From contig OZ244048.1 of the NCBI GenBank assembly GCA_965215265.1, positions 1,760,001 through 1,824,000 of the forward strand: 64,000 bases of DNA, written 5' to 3'. Each line of letters starts with the position of its first letter. The first letter of the stretch is position 1. The notes under the pieces were generated by a model that was not told the DNA's origin, searched no databases, and saw nothing but the letters and a program-made list of their open reading frames with translations. This stretch comes from Candidatus Poribacteria bacterium. GTDB taxonomy: Bacteria; Poribacteria; WGA-4E; WGA-3G. Positions 18,811 to 28,351 of this stretch are shown one piece after another. Both the position numbers and the translations under genes were made by a program.

Positions 18811-20211
18811 ATGAAACCGTTGCATTTCTTGCTTTTGGTGTTAGCCTTATTGATATCAGGATGTGCGGGGAGTTATAAAGAAGTATCAAAATTACACTAT
18901 GCGTATGCGACTGGAGAAAAACGTGCGACGCTAACAGAGTGGCGTGAACTGATTTCAGCGTTTGAAAACGTCATTCGTACCGATGAACAAGGTCCCTGGG
19001 CGGATGATGCCCAATACGGGATTGCGTCTTGTTGGATATGGCGCGCCAAGGGCGGGGAAGCAGAAGCCTTGCCGCAGGCGATGAAGACTTTGCAAACATT
19101 GATTCAACTGTATGGCGACTCGCCGTATGTACCGAATTCGCACTATTGGTTAGGACGGTGCTACGCGCATAGTGGACACAATTCCCAAGCGATTATGCAG
19201 TATCAACTTGTGATGAACCGTTATGCTCATACGGATGTGGCTGAGTATGCACGGCTAGAATTAGCACGTGCATACTCAAAACAAGGATACGTTTCCCGCG
19301 CCGAAACTCTCTATACGGCAGGAATTGAATCCGCAAAGAAACCGGAGATTGCGGCAGTAGCGGCCGAGGAGATGAAGCGGCTCCTTGCACAGCAGGCACA
19401 AAGCAGACCAGGTTCCAGGACGCGTGGCTCTAAAAAGCGACCGGTGAAGCAGCCCGCTCAGACCTCTGTAAAAAAGAACGTTCCGAAGTTAGACACAGTT
19501 TCCCCAGAATCGTTAACACGCGATCTAGGTTTAACTGCGAAGACAATTGTCATCGACGCAGGACACGGCGGGAAAGACCCGGGTGCCTTAGGGATGCAGG
19601 GCAATCAGGAAAAACTCGTTGCACTTAGCATCTCGAAAAAGTTGCGACAGAGCTTAGTTAAAAGAGGCTACAAGGTGCTGCTGACGCGCGACACCAACAG
19701 GTTTATTCCGCTAAAAGAACGGACGGCATTTGCGACACAGCACAAGGCGGATTTATTCATCAGCATCCACGCCAACGCCAGTAAGAATCCTGAAGCGAAA
19801 GGAATTGAAACCTACTATTTAGATGTTAAGAGTACAGATAAAGCCGCGGAACGGATAGCAGCACGCGAAAACGCAGACTCCGGCTATAGCATTCAAGAAC
19901 TCAATAAACTGTTAGAGGGTTTGGTTATGGAGAGTAAAAGTGCGGACAGTCAAAGACTTGCGACACAAGTGCAGCAGGAATTGGTGAAAGCGACAGGGGC
20001 TGTCAACCGCGGTGTCAAACATGCACGCTTTGTGGTGCTTATTGGCACGAGAGTACCGGCTATCTTGATTGAAACTGGTTTTATGACGCATTCAACGGAA
20101 GGGAAACGTCTCACGACGACAGCGTATCAACAGAAAATTGCAACTGCAATTGCCATCGGGATTGACAAGTTTTTGAAGCAAACTTCCGCTAACCAACTCG
20201 CACAAAAATAG
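18811..20211 (+). CDS. Lipoprotein with TPR domain fused to N-acetylmuramoyl-L-alanine amidase (Amidase_3)
   Basis: Lipobox-like LISGC; BamD/CpoB-like TPRs; IVIDAGHGGKDPGA, FISIHANA and ILIETGF motifs. Confidence 0.92.
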   Translation: MKPLHFLLLVLALLISGCAGSYKEVSKLHYAYATGEKRATLTEWRELISAFENVIRTDEQGPWADDAQYGIASCWIWRAKGGEAEALPQAMKTLQTLIQLYGDSPYVPNSHYWLGRCYAHSGHNSQAIMQYQLVMNRYAHTDVAEYARLELARAYSKQGYVSRAETLYTAGIESAKKPEIAAVAAEEMKRLLAQQAQSRPGSRTRGSKKRPVKQPAQTSVKKNVPKLDTVSPESLTRDLGLTAKTIVIDAGHGGKDPGALGMQGNQEKLVALSISKKLRQSLVKRGYKVLLTRDTNRFIPLKERTAFATQHKADLFISIHANASKNPEAKGIETYYLDVKSTDKAAERIAARENADSGYSIQELNKLLEGLVMESKSADSQRLATQVQQELVKATGAVNRGVKHARFVVLIGTRVPAILIETGFMTHSTEGKRLTTTAYQQKIATAIAIGIDKFLKQTSANQLAQK

Positions 20212-20272
20212 ATATCGGCCAGACTCATAACGCAAGTGTGCCAATTCGCACCTTCTAAAGGAGAAAGCAGCT

Positions 20273-22276
20273 ATGCTTTTCAAACAGGATGCTCGCCCCA
20301 TCTTGAATCAGAAGTCTTTTCAAAACTTTAGACACTGTATCACACTCTTTTTCTTTATTTTCTCTACGTTTCTCTATAGTCGTGCGTCCACAGTTTTTGC
20401 ACAAGCAGCGGATATCGGGATTATCTTACCGCAGTCGGATGTGAGTTATGCACGTTCTGTTAGTAAACGACTGACGCGGCTGTTGAACAGTATCGGGCTG
20501 GCTGCGGATACCTATGAAGAAGCCTCTATTTCAGAGCAACACCTGAAACGGTTGGTTGTTTTGCCGCTGAACACAGAAGTATCGACAAAGACTGCTAACC
20601 TCCTGACAGATTTCGTGGGGCGCGGAGGCAAACTGTTGGTAACGTACGGGCTTGCAGATGAAGTAGCGGACCTTCTTGCTTTGCGCAAAACCGGATGGCT
20701 CAAGGAGGAGGAAGCAGGACAGTTTGCTGCTGTGCATCTAAACGCACCGGAGATATCGGGCATACCGTCATCTGTCCGGCAGGCATCGTGGAACATTACG
20801 CTGGCTGAGCCAACTGCACCGCAAACTAAAATTATCGGTTATTGGCATACTGAGAGCGGTGAATCCACTGGCTATCCTGCGCTGTTCGTCGGGGGAGGCG
20901 GGGCATTCTTCAGTCACATTTTTCTCTCGGACGACATTGAGACAAAAAAGCGGTTACTCGCTGCACTGTTGGGACACTTAGTGCCTGAATTTCGGCGTGC
21001 GATTGCCGAACACGCCGTGGATAATGTCACTACGATTGGACACACAAAAGATAGTGAGGCTTTGAGGCAATTTGTTGTACTGCACGGGGTGCCGGAGGCA
21101 CGCGAAGCGTTAAAAATCGGGCAGGATTTGGTTCAGCACGCACGAGATGCTTATGCACGTTCGGAATATGAGACAGCGATATCCACAATCCGCGCAGGAC
21201 GTGACGTGCTTTCAAGAGCCTACTCTCTGTCGCAGACGAGCGTTGCAACGGAGGGACGCGCCGTCTGGAATCATTCTGGACTTGGCGCGTATCCGGGGGA
21301 TTGGGAACGCTCGGCGCAGGAATTAGCAGCGGCAGGCGTGAACATGATTCTGCCGAATATGGCGTGGGGCGGCATCGCACATTACCGTAGCGAATTTCTG
21401 CCACCTAGTGAGAAGTTTGCACAATACGGAGACCAGATTGAACAGTGTGTTAAGGCAGCACACCGGCACGGATTAGAGGTGCATATCTGGAAAATTACGT
21501 GGAATCTGGAAGGTGCACCCACTGAATTCCAAGAAAAAATGAGAAAGACTGGACGCACACAAGTCTCTGCGAAGGGCGAACAGCTTAATTGGCTTTGTCC
21601 ATCCCAACCTGAAAATGTTCAGTTGGAGTTAAGCAGTTTGCTGGAAATCGTGAAGAATTACGATATAGATGGCATCCATCTTGACTATATCCGTTATCCG
21701 GGTTCGCATGCGTGCTATTGTCAGCAGTGCCGTAAAAGGTTTATCGTCGCCACAAAAAAGCAGGTGAACGAATGGCCGGCAGCGGTGTTGCCAGGGACCG
21801 GAAAGTACGGTGCTGAGTATACTACTTGGCGGACAGAGCAGATAACCCGGTTGGTCCGGATGCTCCACAAACGTGCACGTGCTGTGAAGCATGACATCAA
21901 AATCTCCGCCGCGGTCTTCGGGGGCTATCCAGCGTGTGTCTCATCAATTGGTCAGGATTGGGTTGCGTGGGCCAAAGCAGGCTACCTCGATTTTGTCTGC
22001 CCGATGAACTATACAGAGGAAATGAGTTATTTCACCGAGTTGTTAGAGAACCAACTCGCTTTGCTGCCGCAAGGGGTTGCTATCTACCCCGGCATCGGCG
22101 CGACTGCCTCTAATTCCATACTCACAGCGGATAGCGTGGTAGGTCAAATTTACCTCGCGCGCTACTTAGGGGCTGCCGGATGGACGATTTTTGACTATTC
22201 GGCTGATATTTCCCACTCTGTTCTGCCTGCCATCGCGATGGGGCTCGGAACACGAAAAGCAGTACCACCCCACTAA
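20273..22276 (+). CDS. Glycoside hydrolase-like 10 (GHL10/YddW-like) protein
   Basis: EGRAVW, AH..GLEVHIW, YDIDGIHLDYIRYP and QDW..W...GYLDFVCPMNY motifs. Confidence 0.88.
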   Translation: MLFKQDARPILNQKSFQNFRHCITLFFFIFSTFLYSRASTVFAQAADIGIILPQSDVSYARSVSKRLTRLLNSIGLAADTYEEASISEQHLKRLVVLPLNTEVSTKTANLLTDFVGRGGKLLVTYGLADEVADLLALRKTGWLKEEEAGQFAAVHLNAPEISGIPSSVRQASWNITLAEPTAPQTKIIGYWHTESGESTGYPALFVGGGGAFFSHIFLSDDIETKKRLLAALLGHLVPEFRRAIAEHAVDNVTTIGHTKDSEALRQFVVLHGVPEAREALKIGQDLVQHARDAYARSEYETAISTIRAGRDVLSRAYSLSQTSVATEGRAVWNHSGLGAYPGDWERSAQELAAAGVNMILPNMAWGGIAHYRSEFLPPSEKFAQYGDQIEQCVKAAHRHGLEVHIWKITWNLEGAPTEFQEKMRKTGRTQVSAKGEQLNWLCPSQPENVQLELSSLLEIVKNYDIDGIHLDYIRYPGSHACYCQQCRKRFIVATKKQVNEWPAAVLPGTGKYGAEYTTWRTEQITRLVRMLHKRARAVKHDIKISAAVFGGYPACVSSIGQDWVAWAKAGYLDFVCPMNYTEEMSYFTELLENQLALLPQGVAIYPGIGATASNSILTADSVVGQIYLARYLGAAGWTIFDYSADISHSVLPAIAMGLGTRKAVPPH

Positions 22277-22986
22277 TTTTGAACACAGCACAAAATATCA
22301 TATAGATTTGAGACTGAGTAGGCTGGGCATCCGTCCCCCATTTTCGGTATCAACACATCTGATTGTCTATTGATGAAAACGCTTGTCATGCCTACACGGT
22401 TGGCACCAATGATGTCGTTTTGAATAGAATCACCGACAAACACAGTTTCTTCCGGTAAAACGTCAGCACATTCACAAGCCGATTTGAAGATTTTGATATT
22501 CGGTTTTCTGACACCCACCTCATCAGAAATCGTCAGCGAATCAATACGTTCGCTGAGTCCAAGGTGTTTGACTTTAGAAAGTTGACTGTCAGGATGTTTA
22601 TCGTGTGCACCGTTTGTAATGATACCGACATGGTATGTGCGTAACTCCTCAAGCACCGTAACATCTTCGTAAAGACGTAAACGCGTGAGGTAGTGGAAAC
22701 TGAGAAAGTCGTTGAATTCTTCTATAATTTTACCTGTGGACAAACATAGTTCTTTGAATACATACTGGAAACGTAAGTCTCTCACTTCTGCCATGGAGAG
22801 CTTCCCGGCGTTGAGTTGCTGAAAAAGTAGCTGATGAACTGTTGTCCATGCCCTTGTAAGATCTTCTTCCGAAACCTCAGGCTTCTGCTTGCATAAAAAC
22901 TGAAATGTCTCTCTTTTTGCGATGCCCCATGCTGTATCGGAGTCGCAGAGCGTTCCATCAAGGTCAAAGAATACTGCCTTAATCAT
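22273..22986 (-). CDS. HAD-family hydrolase
   Basis: FDLDGTL, ITNG, KP and VGDS..NDI.GA motifs. Confidence 0.93.
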   Translation of the reverse strand: MIKAVFFDLDGTLCDSDTAWGIAKRETFQFLCKQKPEVSEEDLTRAWTTVHQLLFQQLNAGKLSMAEVRDLRFQYVFKELCLSTGKIIEEFNDFLSFHYLTRLRLYEDVTVLEELRTYHVGIITNGAHDKHPDSQLSKVKHLGLSERIDSLTISDEVGVRKPNIKIFKSACECADVLPEETVFVGDSIQNDIIGANRVGMTSVFINRQSDVLIPKMGDGCPAYSVSNLYDILCCVQN

Positions 22987-23020
22987 CGCAACACCTTAGG
23001 GATCATAATCTAGTGAGGCT

Positions 23021-23104
23021 CCGACGAGATTTTTCGTATAGTGCAGCCCGCAACAAGGCTGCTGCAATGTTAAACCCTTTACAAATCTCGCCAGTGGGTT
23101 CTGA
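23021..23104. repeat. Dispersed repeat with an inverted near-identical copy at about 53277-53349
   Basis: TTTTCGTATAGTGCAGCCCGCAACAAGGCTGCTGCAATGTTAAACCCTTTACAAATCTCGCCAG is the reverse complement of the 53.3-kb copy. Confidence 0.9.
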
Positions 23105-23578
23105 GTCATCGTTTTAATTTTTCCAATCAATTCGCAGTAGACACAACTCATATTAACACATCCACTGCTATTTAATCAAAAAATAAACAAAAGTGAACAT
23201 ACATTCCTCGTTTTGTGTCCAAAACAGGGATAAACCTGTAATCTGAACCGCCTCGGTTTTGACAGCGTCAAAAAAATTGGACAAAATGCACCCCTTGTGG
23301 TATCCTTTTATAATAAACTTGTAGACAGGATTTTCACCGCAAAGGATTTGGGTGGGTGTCCTGTCCGTTGAAAAACAAACGGGCATAATGAAAATAGCAC
23401 TGCTGTCGGATTCTCTCAATGCCATGGATTTCCATGACTCCTCATCCAGACAGCAGGCTGACAGCCCAAAATCGGTTGACATCGCTCTGGAAACTCTCGG
23501 TTGAGACATAGCAGCGCCAAAGAAAAGCCGTGTCTGGTTTCCTTTAGCGAAAGCCGGCACCTGAAAGGAGAACACATA

Positions 23579-25042
23579 ATGAAACGTCACAAAACGCAGG
23601 TGCCAGAGATTCTCGCCAGCCGTTTTTTTCACATCTCCTGCCTTGTGTGCATCCTAGCACTCGGCGGCCTCTACCTATATACACAATGGGAGCTTGGTCG
23701 CCTGGCTGAACAACGCCCACCGGCTCTAGAGAAGGACCAGGAATCCATGGGCGAAGAGACGGTGCCCGACACCCGCGAAGAAATGCCACGCTGGCAAATG
23801 GAGCAAGCGAAGCGCCGAGCCGAACAAGCACGCATCGTTGAAAAATGGCGTGCCCGCGGCGAAGCCCTCGGGCTTTTTGATGAACAGGACTTCGGTTGGT
23901 TCGCAAGGCTTGCTGAAGACGCAGAGCTGCGCGGCATTGATCCGGAAAAACTCTGGCGTGTTGATGAGTTACTCGGACAGTGTCAAGGGGGTAAAATATC
24001 CTTCGCCTCGTATGAAGAACAAGCGGTTGCCATTCTCACAGAGGGGATGGATGCACTGACGGCCGCGAAGTATCTCGAACAATACTTTCCCGGTGTGCAT
24101 GAGGAACAAGTCAAAGAACTGGCGAACCAAGCGATGCGTGAGAACCCCGGTGACTTTGAGACGCTGTTCCTCTGGGCGAAATACCTGCCATACGACCCAT
24201 TTGGGGAGAACCCAGAACGGGTCATCGCCTACCGCAAACTCGTTGAAATGCGCCCAAACTCGGTGGACGCGCTGTATCACTTGGGTAATGTCCTGATGTG
24301 GTTTTCCCCTGCAGAAGCACTTGAAATGTTTAAGCGTGCGAACAAACTCAAGCCTCAAAGAGGGATACTCTTAGATATGGGCTTTGCCTACGAAAGGTTA
24401 GCCGACTACGATGCCGCGATGGATGTCTATTCAAAAGCGATTGAACAGAGAAGGCAGATAGAAGAGGCGCAAGGGCACCCCATACACGAACATCGGTTAG
24501 CAAAGGCTTTTTTTGAAGGTCTCAAAGCAGGGACACCACGTGTTCCACCGCTAGCGAGCACCATTTCAGACATAGGTGCCGCCGCGAAGGCAACTGAAAC
24601 CTTCGCCCGAGAAACCCTCCCGCAAGGCCCGCCCGAAACGGTAGACGCGCCCTTTGAAACAGTTGGGGCGGCGGAAATACCGCCTCCCCCCGCACCTGGG
24701 TTCAGCGAGGGAGAACGCGCCGACATCGCTCAATACCTCACCGAGATGAACGATGCCCAATACGCGGAACTCAAGCAGTTCCTCAAAGCCGAAATCCCCG
24801 AACTCTTCGAGTTTTTGGAATCGTCAACGGTTAGCTTAGAAAGCACGGAAATCCCCGAAACCTTGAACCTGCCAGACGCACGCCAAGGCGGAGTTTCCGA
24901 TACATCCTCCCCGCAAGCCGGGCTCGCTCGCAGCTTGCAGCAACTCCGTGCGGACTCCCCGGAACTCGCCGCGCAAGTCGAAAGGCACCTCCGCCGCCGC
25001 ATGCCAAAACGCCAACACCCACAAGAAAGGAGCAACCAATGA
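23579..25042 (+). CDS. Membrane-anchored TPR-repeat protein
   Basis: AAAGGAG SD, N-terminal TM, TPRs (YRKLVEMRPNSVDALYHLG, MGFAYERLADYDAA), Pro/Glu-rich tail. Confidence 0.8.
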   Translation: MKRHKTQVPEILASRFFHISCLVCILALGGLYLYTQWELGRLAEQRPPALEKDQESMGEETVPDTREEMPRWQMEQAKRRAEQARIVEKWRARGEALGLFDEQDFGWFARLAEDAELRGIDPEKLWRVDELLGQCQGGKISFASYEEQAVAILTEGMDALTAAKYLEQYFPGVHEEQVKELANQAMRENPGDFETLFLWAKYLPYDPFGENPERVIAYRKLVEMRPNSVDALYHLGNVLMWFSPAEALEMFKRANKLKPQRGILLDMGFAYERLADYDAAMDVYSKAIEQRRQIEEAQGHPIHEHRLAKAFFEGLKAGTPRVPPLASTISDIGAAAKATETFARETLPQGPPETVDAPFETVGAAEIPPPPAPGFSEGERADIAQYLTEMNDAQYAELKQFLKAEIPELFEFLESSTVSLESTEIPETLNLPDARQGGVSDTSSPQAGLARSLQQLRADSPELAAQVERHLRRRMPKRQHPQERSNQ

Positions 25043-25437
25043 AACTCTCAGCACTCAGCCTGATTTTTTTCACGTCGATGTTAATCCATACTGCCCCTCA
25101 CGCCGCCGCAAACATCAGTCTGGCTAGCACTGCACCCCTTAATAATTGGTATCCGCAGGGCGGTTCACATAGCAACACCGTCGCCCTCACCTTCAACATC
25201 CAAAATCCGGCCCGGAAAGGGCGTGTCAACTTTCGCCTCGAAAATACCACAAACTGGAAAGGTTACTGCACCAACATAGGTACACAGACAGGCCCCGACC
25301 TGCAGCTGCTCTCTGGAGATCAGATCCCTAGGCAGGAAAGGCAACCAAACATACCGGGATGCTGTTTTTGTATATTTCAGCCCCATCAACGCTTAGGTAT
25401 CGACAGCCCGTGTGAAAATCTCGTCGGAGCCTCTTGA
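25039..25437 (+). pseudogene. Probably 3'-truncated secreted protein
   Basis: Good SD and signal peptide, coupled to the TPR gene; the last ~30 aa look non-coding and overlap a convergent ORF. Confidence 0.5.
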
Positions 25438-25939
25438 TGTTTAGTCTCTAAATTAAACCCTCCTTCTCCAACTCCGATACACAGACAATCGGGCATGAGA
25501 TTGGGCATCACCCGCTGCGTCACTATAGTTGAGTGTGAGTGCCAGGTCATCCGCGGCATGTAAGATCTTAGATTCGGGTTGGGCCCCAATTTATCAATGA
25601 GTGCCGCTTCTAATAAATCAAACTTTTCGTCTAAATTCGGGACATTTGTTTGACTCAGTTCGTGAGTTAACTCATTTAGTTCATCAACCGTCAAGCCGCC
25701 ATAACGCTCAGGTTCGTTACCGCCTCCCGCTTCTGCCTTCTCCGTATTTCCATCCCCATGAGTGTGATTTCCTGCATGGTTACATCCTGTGTTTTCGCTA
25801 AAGGATTTGGGTGGGCGGGCGCCCCTGCATTCAAAGCATCATCTTCTTCAATGGCGACAGTAAAGTTCGCAATTGCCATGTACGTCATTAGCATCATTAA
25901 TCTTAGTGCGTTGAATTTGCGCCACGTAATACGCTTCAT
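25386..25939 (-). pseudogene. Hypothetical secreted protein split into two frames, with a repeat insertion
   Basis: Signal-peptide-like N-terminus at 25939; dispersed repeat GCGCCCGCCCACCCAAATCC at about 25803-25822; the downstream frame (…EPERYGGLTVDELNEL…) is open from the repeat onward. Confidence 0.45.
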
Positions 25940-26090
25940 TCCCCAATCCTTTTTGGTCCTGTTAAAGCAACTGTTGGGACCTCGTATCGTCTTCCTGAAT
26001 GGTACGGGTTCATGCTACATATAGAATAGGCTGCTTGCAACCGTGAGAATACAGAAGAAGAGACAAATGAGCAAAGCGATTAGGCACAAT

Positions 26091-26168
26091 TGTTGGTAGT
26101 AGGACGCGAGGTACACTGTTGGTAGTAGGACGCGAGGTACACTGTTGGTAGTAGGACGCGAGGTACAC
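26091..26168 (+). repeat. Perfect tandem repeat, 3 x 26 bp
   Basis: TGTTGGTAGTAGGACGCGAGGTACAC x3. Confidence 0.97.
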
Positions 26169-26199
26169 AGATTACTGGCCCGGTTAGCAGCTATACTTG

Positions 26200-26303
26200 G
26201 TATTCATCTCATACTTGAGAGGCTTATCTACGAGTTAAATTAAGGTGTAGCATACACCCATGCTAATATTTCAATCTCGTTATCGAGAGGCTTCTCGCAT
26301 GGA
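26200..26303 (-). CRISPR. Degenerate two-repeat CRISPR-like mini-array
   Basis: Minus strand: AAGCCTCTCGATAACGAGATTGAAAT, a ~33-nt spacer, then AAGCCTCTCAAGTATGAGATGAATA. Period 68 bp, ATTGAAA-type 3' handle, no cas genes in the window. Confidence 0.45.
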
Positions 26304-26477
26304 TAATATATTACCATACTTTAACCAGAGAAATCAAGGAAAAATATAGGGGCATTTCATTTTCAACATTTTCTCATATTTTCGAAGGATGTCACGAGCC
26401 GGTGCTTAATCCTATAGCGGAGTCTTACGATTTAGCCCTCGTTCTTAACGGAGAACGAAATAGCCCTATAATAGGGG

Positions 26478-26506
26478 TTGATTTATAGCATGAAATTAAG
26501 TATAAT
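26478..26506 (+). promoter_or_regulatory. Promoter of the sulfatase gene
   Basis: TTGATT-17-TATAAT. Confidence 0.6.
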
Positions 26507-26612
26507 ATGAACAATCTGTGGGATTTTAGGTCAAAAACAGAGAGTAGCTCTTATCAACGACTTCTATAAACATGCCTTTTCAAATCAACAAGGCGAAGGA
26601 GATTTTCACGGA

Positions 26613-28067
26613 ATGGCAAAAAAACCGAATATCTTATTTCTCATGAGTGATGAACACAGTCCACACGCTATTGGGTGCGAAGGCAACGAGATTGTGCAAA
26701 CGCCGAATCTCGATCAGCTTGCAGCATCGGGGAGTTACTTTGAGAAGGCATATTGTCAAGTGCCGCTCTGCACGCCTTCACGGATGTGCATGCTGACAGG
26801 GAAATATGCACATCGATGCTCTGCATGGAATAACGGTTCTGTGCTGTTCCCGGAGCATCTTACAATGCCAGCGCACTTTGCAAACCACGGATATAGCACC
26901 GCGCTTATTGGCAAGATGCACTTCGGTGGCAAGGAACAGAACAACGGTTTCCAACACCGGCCGTATGGTGACTTGCGCGGATATGCCGGGCATCAAACCG
27001 ACCCGCTGCACGGGCCACCCGGCACTCGGGAGCGAACACGCCAAGCAGGCATCTCCGAAATCCCACCGAGTCTTTTGCAAGAGAGAGTCATCAACACCGA
27101 AACGGTTGAATACTTAAGAGCACACCCACCTGAGCAACCGTGGTTCCTCCTTGCGAGTTATAGCCGTCCGCACTTTCCGCTCACTGTCCCGAAACGACTT
27201 TTTGATAAGTATTGGCCCCATAATGTGGACATGCCGAACATTCCACCGGGGCATTTGGAACAGACACACCCGTTTGCAAAAGGGCTCCGAGACAATTTCA
27301 AGACCGAAGATATCCCTGAGGAAGAAACACGGAAAGCACGGGCAGCTTACTACGCGTGTTGTGAATTCTTGGACGAATGTATCGGCGATTTATTGGCACT
27401 TCTGGAACGGGATGGCCTGTTAGACAATACGATCATCGTCTATACGACTGACCACGGGGAGATGGCAGGCGAGCACGGGCAGTGGTGGAAATCGAGCTAC
27501 TATGAAGCAGCTGCCCGAGTGCCCTTGATTATTGCAGATAGGCGTGAGGAGAATCAGCTGGGGCACGTCCCCTCCCCAGTTGAATTAAATGATCTGTTTC
27601 CAACGTTATGTGCGCGTGCAGATGTTCCAATTCCGAATGGATTGGACGGTGCAGATCTGACACAGCTCATGGCAGGGAACGCGGAAGACTGGCGCAACAC
27701 GGCGATAACCGAATACTGGTCTAACCAATCGACCGGCCCGATGCGAATGCTCCGCACATCACGCTATAAATACGTCGCCTTTCCAGAGGATGAGTCGATC
27801 TTGTTTGATTTGGAGACAGACCCGGACGAATTTGAGAACCTCGCCGGGAAGGCTGAATATCGGCAATTGGAAGCAGGTTTAGACGAACAACTGATGGCGG
27901 GATTCAGTTGGGAAGCAGTTGAGCAACAGAAGGCTGAAGATAGGGAGCGAAGCAAAACCTTTGCAGAGCCATGGGGGCGAGGCACACCTAATCAGTATAC
28001 ATTACCTGACGGGAGAGTTGTGGATGCGGAAACTTGTCTCTATCGTCCCTCAGTGAGGGATGCGTAA
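26613..28067 (+). CDS. Cys-type sulfatase (choline-sulfatase-like)
   Basis: PNILFLMSDEH, CTPSR, GKMH and DHGEMAGEHG motifs. Confidence 0.94.
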   Translation: MAKKPNILFLMSDEHSPHAIGCEGNEIVQTPNLDQLAASGSYFEKAYCQVPLCTPSRMCMLTGKYAHRCSAWNNGSVLFPEHLTMPAHFANHGYSTALIGKMHFGGKEQNNGFQHRPYGDLRGYAGHQTDPLHGPPGTRERTRQAGISEIPPSLLQERVINTETVEYLRAHPPEQPWFLLASYSRPHFPLTVPKRLFDKYWPHNVDMPNIPPGHLEQTHPFAKGLRDNFKTEDIPEEETRKARAAYYACCEFLDECIGDLLALLERDGLLDNTIIVYTTDHGEMAGEHGQWWKSSYYEAAARVPLIIADRREENQLGHVPSPVELNDLFPTLCARADVPIPNGLDGADLTQLMAGNAEDWRNTAITEYWSNQSTGPMRMLRTSRYKYVAFPEDESILFDLETDPDEFENLAGKAEYRQLEAGLDEQLMAGFSWEAVEQQKAEDRERSKTFAEPWGRGTPNQYTLPDGRVVDAETCLYRPSVRDA

Positions 28068-28351
28068 TACGAGTGGGGCTAAAGTAGCACGCCACATGCA
28101 GCAAGAAAAGCACACCCACAAGCGACTCCGTGGCCTGGGACCGCGCTGAAGAGAGGAACCGAGCACGTTCCACATCTAAAGACGAGCGATAAATTGTTCT
28201 TCTACAAACCCGATTTGTCGCGGACGCACATCTGCAAGAATGGAGAAGCCTCGGCCAAAAAGCCATCGACGAGATCTGCACAACAAGGCTCATGCCCAGT
28301 TGTCCTGAACCTTTCCAGCGACGAAAAGACTATTAACGTTAGAGAATATGC

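Noticed and set aside
23330-23570. Possible riboswitch or ncRNA in long leaders (also 31977-32370 and 38470-38650)
   Set aside because: Some stems are present, but I recognise no known motif; a covariance-model search is needed.
26091-26168. 26-bp repeats as a CRISPR array
   Set aside because: The copies are contiguous with no spacers.
28190-28340. TRFVADAHL, resembling a Mut7-C RNase start
   Set aside because: Too short, no start codon, and the similarity does not continue.
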